NCBI GenBank assembly: GCA_037447605.1
Contig: CM074821.1
Coordinates: 496,001-560,000 of the forward strand
DNA length: 64,000 nucleotides
Reading direction: 5' to 3'
Source: Zygnema circumcarinatum SAG 698-1b
Taxonomy: Eukaryota; Plantae; Zygnematophyceae
Translations under genes and position numbers: made by a program
In this document: in pieces, positions 24,633-37,100 of the stretch
Layout of the letters: each line of letters begins with the position of its first letter
How positions within the stretch are numbered: the first letter of the stretch is position 1
Notes under the pieces: generated by a model
The model's database searches: none
What the model saw: only the letters and a program-made list of their open reading frames with translations
Told to the model about the DNA's origin: nothing

Positions 24633-25342
24633 ACTACTGCTATGCACAGCGCTCCAAAAGAAGACGATGTGCGCCGAGAGAGGGGGAGGGAGAGGGAGAG
24701 GGAGACGGAGAGGGAGAGGGAGACGGAGAGGGAGAGGGCGGCCGACTACAGGTACCGCAAGAGCGGACCTCTCCTTTTTATGCCGAGCGGCAGTGCAGAG
24801 AGTGCAGTACCTGTGCAGCCGTGCGCCCTATCTATGCATAAATCCGTTGGAACGGTTTAGGGTTTTTAGGGTTTTTAGGATTTCTGATTTTTGCATAGAG
24901 AAGGCAACGGGCAAATTTCTGACGAGCAGTCTGCCGTACAGGTAACGGTACAGTCTAGTATCGTATCGAAATGACCTATATCGTATTGGCCTGAAATGTA
25001 TCATATCGAGCTGATTTTATCGTATCGTGGGTTTTGAGCTCTGCCAATGGGAACTCGCCGCGTACACAGAACTGTGGACGTGGCAACATTTAATTCGCCA
25101 ACGACAAATGAAGTACATAGAAAACTCCAGTTGTGAACGGTGGAACGGAACGGGGTACGATAAACAAATTTGATTGATTTTGGGCCAATATGGAACCTTG
25201 AAACTTGGCATTGTTGGCAGGCTCAAACAAGACTGTCAGGCGCAGCTGCAACCTCTCCTGCTGCAAGCGGAGCAGAAGCCGGAGCAGAGGGGAGGGAGGG
25301 AGAGAGAGGGAGGGAGAGAGAGGGAGGGGCTTGAGGGCAGCC

Positions 25343-28300
25343 ATGTCTGATGCCGCCGCAGGAGAGACAGCGTTTCTGCTTGCAGGGATCCTTCCAGCTT
25401 TAAGCAGCTCTGCAGTCCTTCAAGCGATCGCTTCTGTTGTAGTCTGTTCGATCATTGTAGCTGTCATCTTTAGCGTGTTTCTTTCCAGCAGCGGCAAAAA
25501 TGCCCCTCCTTTGGTTCCTGGAGTGCCCATACTTGGCGGTTTCCTCAAGTTCTTGAAGGGACCAGTCCCTCTCGTGGCTGAATACTATCCTAAGCTCGGA
25601 AGTGTGTTCAGCATAAACTTGTTTCATCAGAAGATTACATTCTTGATCGGCCCGGAAGTCTCTCCGCACTTCTTCAGAGCTTCTGAAGATCTTCTCTCGC
25701 AGCAGGAGTGCTATGGTTACTCTGCTCGGACGTTTGGAGACGATGTGGTCTTTGCAGTTCCGTATTCTGTGCGGATGGAGCAGTTCCGTTTCTTTGCAGA
25801 TTCGTTAAAGAGTTCCCGTCTAAGGACGTACGCTGATATGATGGTGAATGAAGCGCAGGTCAGTTGTAGACCAGTTGTCCCCTCTCTCCCTCTCTCTCTC
25901 CCTCTCCCACTCTCGCCCGCCCACTCTCGCTTTCTCTTCCTCTCTCCTTTCTCTCAGGGCACTGACGTTACCTCTGAGGAACAGCGTGCTGGCACAAAAT
26001 GGGCAGTGGCTATTAGTATTTACATAATTGACCAAGCTGGCCATTCCGATGCGTTCCACTTATGACAAATTTTTGTTGCTTGTTTTCTTCCTAAACCGTT
26101 GCACAATTGTGAAAGCAAAGAAGCATCTCGAGTCTCCTTTTCTAGCTACACAGTAGAGACTCGCCGGCTTAGAAGGAATCACTTATGCTTGAAGGGCGAG
26201 CGGAGAGTTCAGAGTGAATGCCGAGCAATCTGCACAGCTGGCAAGCGTGAACCACGTTTGGGAAAATATATGTAGGAAAAAGAAACGTTTTTTTTTTTTT
26301 AGTACTGGCCTTCAAAATATGAATGTATCGCACTTGAGCAAGTTACCGACTGCGTTTGCTTATCTGTAAAGGTCGACCTCCACAGCTCCCGTGGTCTACG
26401 CACTCAAGGAGGCTGTTGGGTTGCCAACCAATGGCTGGCAATGGCTGGCTTAATTCTCCCCGTGTATAATCGGTTGGAGGTTACGGATAGGTGTCCTGTG
26501 CCACAGGCCTTGCTTTAAGAGACTTGAACGGTTTCCTTATCATGGGTTACAATTAGCTACAGCTAACTAGCGGTTAATAGTTTACAGTTACAGTTAGCTA
26601 CTGTTTGCAGCAAGTGATAAGGGGCAGAGCATGAGATTTGGAGCTGAGGAAAACCTGGCTTATGCTGGAACACAGCTAGAGGGTCTGGTTCCTCTCCTCA
26701 GTCTAAAAAGTTTCTTATTCTCCAGGCTGCATCTCTATGTCTGATCATTACAACTGTTGCGAATTCTGAGCAGGAATTTTTCGGCAAGTGGGGTGATGAG
26801 GGAGAGATCGACCTGAAGGAGGAGATGGCACAGCTCATCATCCTGACGGCGAGCAGGTGCCTTCTGGGCAAAGAAGTGAGAGAGCAGATGTTTAACCGGG
26901 TTCACTATCTGTTTCACGAGCTGGACGAAGGGATGATTCCTATCAGGTGAGGCACATTTTGTACTTTAAGAGTGTGTGTCATCAAGTTTGAAGATTTCCT
27001 TAGTCATGTGGTTATGAATGAGAGGATTAAGCTGTAAATTTGAGGAAATCTGGAGTGGGAAATCTTGGTGCAGTGTTGTGGCACCGTGGCTGCCGATCAA
27101 ACCACACAGACGGAGGGATAAAGCTCGAGAGGAGCTGCGACAAATATTTTCTCAGATCATTCGAAAGAGAGTTGCCGCTGGAATTCGAGAAAGCGACATG
27201 CTGCAGGTATCCTATAGCTTGACTCTGCACGTGTTGTTCCTTGTATAGTTTCCACTTGTTGACCTCCTTTAATTTACGTGATTCTGAAATGAGAGTAATC
27301 ATGTGCAGACTATCGGAGCAAGATTGCTAACGTTGAGTTGTTTTTCTGACAGGTTTTCATTGATTCAACGTATAAGGCAACGGGGCGAAAAACAACAGAG
27401 GGAGAAGTTGCTGGAATGCTGATTGCTGCGCTTTTTGGTGGCCAACACACGTCATCTCTGACATCAGCATGGATGGGATGCTATTACATAACGTAATCAT
27501 TATTGCAAACTTATTTGTCAGCTGAATTGCAAGAGAGCCTGCCTGTTGTTGAAAAAAGTCATGAGCTGTGATAAGTGATTTTGCAGCAATATTCCGATTT
27601 GGATTGAGATTTGTAGAAACTAAGTTCTTTCTCGAGTCCTCAGCTGACACAGATACGCTGTTTCTCTACCAGGAAAAAAGCGTTTGCTCCCGCCCTACTG
27701 AAGGAACAACAGGAGGTAATGGGAAGACATGGTGATGTGTTAAATCATGATGTGTTAAGTGAGATGAATCACCTGCATCGTTTTATGAAGGAGACATTGC
27801 GGCTTCATCCTCCTCTCATTATGCTGCTTCGCTACAACCACTCTCCTTTCCCGTAAGTTACAATCACCATGTTTCGGCTATAAGTTGGTCACAAGAACGG
27901 CCGTGCTTTTACCTTAGTTCGCAGCCATTTGAAGTGTCAAGTGAGCTATGTCTGGGAAGTTATTATTGTTCATGGCTGTGGTTGTGGTGCATATATGTGA
28001 CATGACAAGCCGGAAACGTTTCGCTGATAGATGAAGAGTCATCTTATCCAAACATGGCTAGTTTTTATATATGGCTTACCTATCTTTGGGCTCCAGCATG
28101 ATAATTATGCCGATGACCTGCTATGCTTATTTAGTAACATGTTCAGATATAGAATTGTTTATACACCAAATGAAGCTTTCAAATCTGTAAGGTGCTCTTT
28201 GTTGCTTATCCAAGCTTCTGGAATGCTGGTTTTTTTTCCATACTATGACCTCGGCCCCCCCTGATAAGCTCTCATTTGGCTATTCTGGTAGAGTAACGAG

Positions 28301-29473
28301 TTTTAATTCTTTATAAGAATTGATGGGATCATTTGTGCTCAAACTATCCAGGGTCACTTCGAAGGAGGGTGCCGAATACACCGTGCCAAAGAACTCCATT
28401 GTGGCTACATGCCCAGCCTATTCCAACAGGTACAGCGCAACTTAAGTTGTGACATTATCTTATATATTATATATGATATATATGTTATTGCAGTGCATGG
28501 TGTTGTTGTATTCTGCTTCTGCCCTGAGGCCACTCCTGCTCTGTTTATGCATTGGTAAGATTGCTATTTTATACAATGTTTGAAAACTTGCTCTCATGTG
28601 AGTCCCGGCCGAAGCAGCTCTCACTCTGTGCACGTCATGAATATGTTGTTCTTGGAACAGCAATGGCAGCCACTGACTTGGTAAGGGAAACATGGTTCAG
28701 ATTGCCATATGTGTTCAGCAATCCCGAGGAGTTTGATCCCGATCGCTTTGCTCCCGGGAGGGAGGAGGACAAGTCCATGCCCTTCTCCTTTACTGCGTTT
28801 GGAGGGGGTCGGCACGGCTGCATGGGAGAAAGTTTTGCGTACATGCAGGTACATGGAAGGGATCGAATGGCTAGTGATCTTTCTGGTTATACAGTAGATG
28901 TCCAGTATACAGGAGATTGGAAGCGGTTCTACACTCCAAGTTTATCTTTCTTTCTAGAGAGACTTGGTTCATTGGGCTTAGTGGGTCTCGTAGTCTTTGT
29001 CCTGGTGGGGGTCTTTAAGGGATGTGATTGGGTAGTTGTGGGTTTCTTACGAATCCTCCGTTGCTGTGAAATACAGATGTCATTTTAGGGGGTTTAGTTT
29101 ACTCTAATGTGAAAGGAGAAATCATCAGCTTGCAGAGGGCAACCTCATTCGAAGGGTATTGTGCTTAGTACAAAGTGCTACTATTATTATTATTATTATC
29201 AGTACTAATAATATTGTTGGAGATTTTGAAAGGCGAACACTGAAACGCGAAACCAATTATATTGGGAGGCATAAAGAGGAACACTGACACATCAGCGGGA
29301 TTATTGATGTTTGGCCTGCCCTGCAGATCAAGACAATATGGAGCATCCTTCTGCGGGACTTCGAGCTTGAGCTGCTTTCACCTTTTCCAGTGCCTGACTA
29401 CACATCCCTCGTGGTTGGACCCAAAGGGAAGGTGATGGTCCGCTACAAGAGGAGGAAGCTGACTCCTGCATAA
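25343..29473 (+). CDS. CYP51: Cytochrome P450 CYP51 (sterol/obtusifoliol 14-alpha-demethylase family), 8 exons
   Basis: Exons 25343-25858, 26774-26946, 27074-27206, 27353-27492, ~27673-27852, ~28352-28429, ~28700-28848, ~29327-29473 (TAA). Motifs: [25 protein letters not shown] (I-helix), KETLRLHPP (ExxR), [16 protein letters not shown] (heme Cys). Confidence 0.95.
26216..26441 (+). repeat. Dispersed ~227-bp element, copy 2 (CYP51 intron 1)
   Basis: Homologous to 8409-8635, in the same orientation relative to its host gene. Confidence 0.9.
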
Positions 29474-30604
29474 GCTGCACGAGAGATTCTTTCTACAATA
29501 AGCGATTCATTTGGGGAAGGGTGCGTTTGCCACCCTTTCCAACTATTCACTCAAGGTCAATGGATTCAGGAGTCCTGGCCCAAAAAACAGCCAAAACGAT
29601 GTCTTGCAAGGTCAGAATAATTATTTCTGTTATTGCTCAGTATTGGGATTTTTGGCTTTTTCTGTCGTTTCCTGTTAATAGGAGCCATGTTAGGCTGAGT
29701 CATACCACTACCATGAAGGTAAGATGTCAAGTAGAAGCTATCATAGGCTGGCTCACACGTACTCTTGATAAGATAATCAGAGAGGCATTGCTTTGGCAGG
29801 CAAAGATTCAGGGAACCTGGCGCTACATGCTCGTATAGGGGGTCAATTTCCTTTTTTTACCCGTTATTGGGTCGAAACTGTAGACTTCTGTGTTGTGTTG
29901 AGTTGAGTTCAAACCCTTATGATGCACATGCAATTCATGGACGGATGGGAGCATGAGTGGATGAGAGGATGGATGGGTGTACATCTAATGGCGTGACTCC
30001 ACTCGTCAGACCCTAAAAGCGTGGTGGGGTGTCCGCTCTGACGGTTTTGTACTCTCCCAAGCGACACATTAGTCTTTAGTGTTCATCAAGGAGCACCTCT
30101 GGCTGTTTTGTATCAACCTGTTGGCTTCAAAGATAGATTGTGGTGGTAACTGGGCGGTCAACAAAAGCTTATTGCTGTTTTTCGGAGGAAGGAAAATGCG
30201 GGGAAGTGTGTTCTAAAGAAAGCACTTCCGAGGTGTAACATGAATGAAGTATTCATCCTGGAGGTCAAGGTCGAGGGTGTAGTGTATTGGTTCCACCCAC
30301 TATGAATCCATCCAGAGTGGGATAGACAGACGAACTTAAGAGTGGCATGTGAGCAGAATAAGGCTCGAAGCTGTGCCCTCCTAAACTCCCCCAAAAATTC
30401 CCGAACCCTTCAATCCTGTCCTGTCTGTGCAAACATGGTGTTGAAGCAGCTGCGATGTCTTTTTTCTCTCAGATCTTGTTATTGTTTGACCTTCGTGATT
30501 ACTCTGTGAGACTTTCCAGCCCTTTTCCTTGGTGGTGATTTCCGAAATGTGCTCTTCATTATGAATGTGATCGGCCATGATTCCGCTGGGGGTTCAAGCC
30601 CCTC

Positions 30605-30670
30605 TTTAGGGTTTTATGGTTTTTAGGGTTTTAGGGTTTTTATGGTTTTAGGGTTTTAGGGTTTTTAGGG
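30605..30670 (+). repeat. Interstitial (TTTTAGGG/TTTTATGG) telomere-like array
   Basis: Direct reading, ~8 units. Confidence 0.85.
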
Positions 30671-31169
30671 TCAACTTATCAAGTCAGTCACCCTAGTAAC
30701 ATTTCGGCTGCAAAGCGATGACCTTCACTAGATGAACAAACCATTCATGGCCTCGATTACCTTCAATTGATCGAGGTCGCTCCAACCGTATACATAACAC
30801 AGTAGGTGGAGGTGCTTATCAAACGTTATACAAATGCCGGTCGGCCTCACCCTCTACCTCCCAAGGAGAAGGAGCCCATGAGCCTTTTCTTGGTTTAGTG
30901 ACTACCAAGAGGAGCATCAGCTTCAAATACATTTTGTACAGAGAATTTATTTCATATAGGGTCTGAGTATAGTCAAGTCATGTTCAATGGTCCCCGTTGG
31001 GGCAGAGCCGGTCGACCGATCACGAGCTCAGGTCCTGCAATTTCTGCCAAAAACGAAAAAGAAAAAAAAAGCGAGACAAACAAAATATACAGAAACGGGA
31101 ATAAGTGACATCACGTTCTATGTAACACAGGCTGCGCTGCGTGGCTGCATGGAACGTGCCAGCCAATGG

Positions 31170-34100
31170 CTAACAGACAGTTGCGGAACTAAACCCATAG
31201 CAACTGTGCATTGATTTAATTCCAAAGAGATCCTGTCAAGCAAAGCGCGATGTTCCAATTTGCGTTCCCGTTCCTTGTTGAGGGGTTCATAAGGGTTCAA
31301 GGGTTCAGATTAGGGGTGGATTTTAGGTCATGGAGTTACCTCCAGGAACTGAGAAGCCGTATCGATGGAAGTGGACCCCACCACGACCTCTCGCCCCAAC
31401 TGCTCACTCAGCCAATGGGCCGCTCGAACCTTTTGTTTCCAAAACCCAAATCCCAAATTTCCTTTGATAAGCCAAAAAACCTAATTCATCGGTAAACCAA
31501 AAACCCTCATCCTCTTGCTCGGCCCAAAACCCTAATCCTCGTACTGAACCCAAAATTCTAATTTCCCAACCAATGTTCCAACCTAAGCAGGAGACCCACA
31601 AAGAAGGGATTTCAGTACGAGTAATGTATTACACATTTGGACCTCTCGCTTCTGTTTTGTTCTCCAACACCCAATTTTCACAAAGCGCAAACTTACGAAT
31701 GAAAACCAAGAACGAAAAAAATCAAAAAAAGTAAAGAATGGCATAGTTAGGTCAGAGCCGCACCTCAGCCCTTGTCATGCCTCCGATAATAAAAATAAAA
31801 ATTCGGCCTTTCGATTTTCCTCCCAAACCTAACTCTGGCGACCGTTTTCTGTAATACAGAAAATTCCACCGCCATATACACTCAAATTTTGGACAACCCA
31901 TAACTTTAAAAAACCCGTAAAGATTTTTACAAACTTGCGCCTCTAAGGGACAGAACCCAACATTCGATCTAAAGCACCGAAAATTTTGCCTATTTTTCAC
32001 ATTTCCTCACAAAAGTTTACCCATTTCTTTTTTAGAAGGAGCACCATACCTGGAAGCTGGGCCTTCATTCGTTGAAATTTCTTCAATTTTTTCTTTTTTC
32101 GGAGCTGCCCAATTATGCGTTCTCACACTTCCACTCCTTTCTCTGCTGCCCGATGATGTGCTCTCACTCATATTCTGACCTGAGAACTCTCCTTCCAGAT
32201 TTTTCGCCGTAGGATAAAAATCTTCCGGTAGACTCCCTGCAGCTAAATCTTCGGTAAGATCCTGAGATAAAAAAAAAAAAAAAAAAGAAAAAAAGGGGAA
32301 GGAGGGGAGGTTGGGGGAGAGAAAAGAGAGGGATTTTGAGTTATTCACGGTTACCCAAATAAAAGTGAAAAGGGGCAGAGAAAGAGGTGGGGGGGGGGGA
32401 GAGAGTGAGAGAGAGATGGGGGACGGGAAAGGGGGCGGGAGAAAGAAAATAGAAAGCGAGAGGGGAGAGAGAGAAAGGGAGAGCGGGGGAGGAAGAGAAA
32501 CAGGGGAAGAGAGGGGAGAGAAGGGAGAGAGCGAGAGCAGGCGGAGGGGAGGGAGAGAGAGGGGAAGGTAGAAAGAGAGAGGGAGAGACGAAATGCGAGA
32601 GAAAAAAAGAGAAATAGAGAGAGTGAGAGAGGATTGTGTGTGGCCTAAGCCTTTTGAGGTGTGATACTAGAACTTCAGGAAAAATAGCTCTTACTTAGAC
32701 TTCGATCAAAAAACTTCGAGAAAAAATTCTGTTTCTCTTTTCTGTTTTTTCTTTCTTTCACTTTCTTAGAATTTTTAAGGTCGCGGTTTTCTAAGGTTTG
32801 AGATATTGTGCAATTTGAACCAAATGCAAAAAAAGTGTTTCTTTCTTATATATTTCGTACCCTGATGTACGGATAGAACCGGAACAAAGCATGCGTGCCT
32901 TCTGTCGGCTTGCGATAAAAAGTTCGGAGGCCCAATCTTTCCTGCAGTTCAAAAGAATTTCAAAAAATCTCAAAAACTTTCTATCAATAATTTCAGCATT
33001 ATGAAAGAAACTGCTCAAGGAAATTTGGAAAAAAAAAAAAAAAAATTGCCCGTGAAGTTGGAAATCCATTCACTTGGACCGAGTATAGTCAAGGAAAAAA
33101 AAAAACTACAATGTTTGGCATATTTTCAAAAAAGAAGTGCTTTCCGTACCACTTTGGTGGCCTGCTCTTTGCTTCTCAAATGAAATTTGTGTTGAAATTT
33201 TCTTTCGTGCCACATTTTTTTAGTGAAATCTACTCCGAGAAACTGAAGCTGCAGAATGTTCTCCATATCAGAATCTGAAAGACCGGAAACCTGTGAAAAA
33301 AAAAAAAGACAAACGGGTGCAAAAAGGGGAAAAGAAAGGGCTGAAAACAAAGCTATGGGTCTTCAAAGTTAGAATGAGGTCAAAGGACAAGGTTCAGGGT
33401 TCAGGGTTCAGGGTTCAGGGTTCAGGGTTCAGGGTTCAGGGTTCAGGGTTCAGGGTTCAGGGTTCAGGGATCAGGGTTCAGGGTTCAGGGTTCAGGGTTC
33501 AGGGTTCAGGGTTCAGGGTTCAGGGTTCAGGGTTCAGGGTTCAGGGTTCAGGGTTCAGGGTTCAGGGTTCAGGGTTCAGGGTTCAGGGCCTTACCGTCCT
33601 CCATCTCTCGAGGTCGAACTTGTCGGGATGCGTCGCTCCGTACACACACAGGAGCCGCTTTTTGCGCTCAGAGGACATGCCCTGCATCACTCCGCGCAGT
33701 TGCATCATCAATTTTCAACATCACTTTCGACTTTCTACATCACTCTGCGCTGCAAACTGATGCGAAGGGCTGTAGGACCAAAAGAAAGGACCATTAGCAG
33801 AAAAACCTCTCCCCCTCCCTCTCCCTCTCCCTCGTCCTCTCCATCTCTTCTTTTACAACTCTTACTTTGTCTGCGGAAAAGGGGTGTAGATTTGTATTTA
33901 CTTTCTGTTTGATGAGCAATTGTTCCAGGTCGAGGCTGTGTTTGTCTCCAAAAACAAAGCCCTGCTCTGATTGGCCGATTTCCTTCAACTCCTCCAGATT
34001 TACCCGGTCCGATAAAAACTTCGTTATCTGTATAAAAAAAATATATATATTGAAAGGTATCAAATGGCATGTCTGAGTCAGTAGTGGAGATTTCAGCCCC

Positions 34101-37100
34101 TTAGACGAAAAATCGCTACAGTTTGTAGGGTTTCTTTGCGAGTCAATAAGGTCAAACTTTCGCAGGAAAATGGAAAAAGGACAAGAAAAAAAAACAACAA
34201 CAGAAGGAAGACTGTTCGATTCTGTGTGTTAGAAAAGAAAAAATAACAAATAAAATATTATAGAAAAGTGTTTGTGTTTTTCGCACCATGAAATGAATGT
34301 CCACTCTCGCTTTCAGTTCCATAAATTTGGGCAAAGTTTGTACTAACTCGCCCATTTCCTTCAAAGTCTCCGCTCGTCTGTGGCACTTTGGTGGCATTGT
34401 TAGATCATGAAAGTCCTGTCACTCTCTCTCTCTCTCTCCCCCTCCGAACCCCTCTCTCTCACACTCTCCCTCTCGCTCTCCCTCTCCCTCTCTCCCTCTC
34501 TCCCTCTCTCTCGCTCACACACTATCACGTTTGCATCAGATCCTTCTGAGACACTCAAATAACAGCACCACACAAACCTGCTTTACACAACAGAAGGGCT
34601 GAAAACAGAAGATCCGAAACCACTAGAAAAACCTCAGAAGTTGAAAAAAATCAAGGTGTGGAAATCTCACACTAATTACAACACTTTTTTTATTAATATA
34701 ACATATATATATACGAAACATGAGGGTAATGTAAGCATGCATATGGCCATATAGAAAATAGAAAAACTTACGTGTCTCTTACAGCTTTCAGCTGGTCCAC
34801 AAGATCACAAATTTTTAGAGTGGCCTGTCAAAAGCAGAGAAGCAAAGTAGGCAGGTTTTCGAAAATTTTAGGCACAGGCATACGCAGAGAGGGAGGGACA
34901 GGCAGGGGGAGAATGGGAGGGAAGGAGAACGAGAGGTGCAAGAGAGGGACGAGAGGGAGGGAGGGAGGGAGGCAGGAGAAAGTGGGGAACGAGTAAGGAA
35001 CGGGAGGGAGGGGGGGAAGGAGGGAGAGGAGAAAGAGTGATTGGCAGGGAGGGACGGAAGGGAGGGAGGGCAGGGAGGGAGGAGGAGAGGGGAACGAGAG
35101 GGAGGAAGAGAGATGCGGGAGAGAGGGCGGGGAAGGAGGAGGAGAGGGAACGAGAGGTTGTGGGAGAGGTGCGGGAGGGAGGGCGGGAAAGGAGGTGAGG
35201 GGAAAGCGGGAGGGAGGACGAGAGGTGCAGGAGAGAAGGACGGGTGGGCGGAGGGAGGGGGGGAGAGAGAGGGAGAGGGAGAGAGAGAGGGAGGGGGAGA
35301 GAGAGAGGGAGAGGNNNNNNNNNNGGAGAGGGGAGAGAGAGGAGGGGGAGAGAGAGAGGGAGGGGGAGAGTGAGAGGGAGGGGGAGAGAGAGAGGGAGAG
35401 GGGAGAGAGGGAGGGGGAAAGAGAGAGGGAGAGGGGAGAGAGAGGGAGGGGGAGAGAGAGAGGGAGAGGGGAGAGAGAGAGGGAGGGGGAGAGAGAGAGG
35501 GAGAGGGAGAGGGGCGGGAGGCACCTCCGGCAGAAACCGATCCCTCAGATCGACCCAAAGGGGGTCGGTGTCGTCCAGCACTGCGGTTTGGGCTTTATAT
35601 TTCGCCCCCTCAGGAATCTAATATGAACCAAAATAAGTGTAAAGTGAAGATTAAATTTAAACATTAAACCTAAAAACGTACTGAGTCTAACATAAAACAT
35701 GATGTCACCTTTGTCTAGATGCGAAATTCTTGCATAGTTTTTAGTTTTTTAACCCCTTGCACATAAAGAAGCATAATCCAAAGTCCACATTTCAGGAATT
35801 ACTATGTTATTTTCTGTGCAGAATTGCTTGCGTTATTGAATTGGGTATAAATAACTCAAAAGTGACTTTATGTTTCTTGGAAAAAACGAAATTTTTTGGG
35901 CTTGTTTGGGCATATTATATACCTCCCACGTGTATTTGTTTCCCTCCATAGGAAGGAGATCATAAGCCATTCCTCCATAGCTCCAGTCGTGAATAAAGGG
36001 AGCAATCTGCAATTTTTTTAAATCTTGTTAAGCTTCATAATCTTCCCAACCGGCATATTGAACAATACAAAAAAATGCTCCCATTTTTTTTTCCCCTACA
36101 CCCACGTAAAATGTTCGCTTTAGAGCTTAAGTCCCGAGAGGCAGAAGGGAGTGGGGTTTTAGCATTTAGGGTTTTGTTTAAGGGCGAGTTACCAGATCAA
36201 CCGAGCGGTCGACAAGGAGGAGGTCACACGTGTGGGAGGGAGGGAAGTGGGAGAGGGAGGTTTGGAGTTGGGAGAGACGCTCCAATAGGGAGGAGGAGAG
36301 ACGCTGGGGGGCACTCCCTCTGTGCGGGAGAGAGGGGCTGTCAGGGGGACGTACAGCACTGCGGTAACGCACGCGAGGGTGCTCCTGGGGAGAGAGAGAG
36401 AGAGGGAGGGAAGTGAGGGAGAGGGAGGGGGGGAGGGAGGGGAGGGAGGGGAGGGAGGGAGAGGAAGGGAGAGGGAGGGAGAGGGNNNNNNNNNNGAGAG
36501 GGAGGGGAGGGAGGACGAGGGGGGATAGTGGGGGAGGAAGGGAGAGAGGGAGGGAGGGTGGGAGAGAGAGAGGGGGAGGGAGGGGAGGGAGAGTGGAGGG
36601 CGGGAGGGGAAGAGGGATGGAGAGGGGAAGGAAGAGAATAGGAGGAGGGAAGTGAGGATGAGAGAGAGAGGGAGGGAAGGGGGATGGGGGGAAAGTGGGG
36701 TGGGGAGGGGAGGAGGGTGGAGTGGGGTTAAGAGGAGGGAGGTGGCGGGAGGGAGATGAGGTAAGGGAAGGAGGTAAGGGAGCGGGGGAGAGGGGGTGGA
36801 AGGAAATAGGAGGAGAGGTGGAGGGGAGGGACGTGAGAGGGAGAGAGAGGGCCGGAGGACGAGAAAGAGGACGAGAGAGAGACGGCGGAAGGGGGAACTT
36901 CAAGAGACAGCGAGGGGTAGGGAGGGGTGAGAGAGAGCAGGGGGACGTGAAGTGAGAGGGAGAGTGAGGGAACACACGATCGCAACAGAGTGAGAGAGAG
37001 AGGAGAGAGAGTAGAGAGGTGAGAGAGGAGAGAGAGTAGAGAGGAGAGAGAGTGGAGAGAGAGTAGAGAGGAGAGAGAGAGAGGAGGAGAGCGAGTGTGA

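Noticed and set aside
24561-24647. N-terminal RQAG-repeat extension of APC6
   Set aside because: It begins at a GTG, derives from the CAGG repeat, and family homology starts at the ATG at 24560.
30585-30604. ggggttcaagcccc resembles a tRNA T-arm/B-box
   Set aside because: No A-box, D-arm, anticodon arm or acceptor stem can be built upstream.
33391-33588. Regular arrays as possible CRISPR repeats
   Set aside because: There are no unique spacers or cas genes, and the context is eukaryotic; these are simple tandem repeats.
33293-33760. ORF with (RVQGSGF)n repeats
   Set aside because: It is the translation of the TTCAGGG array, antisense within a SEC1 intron.
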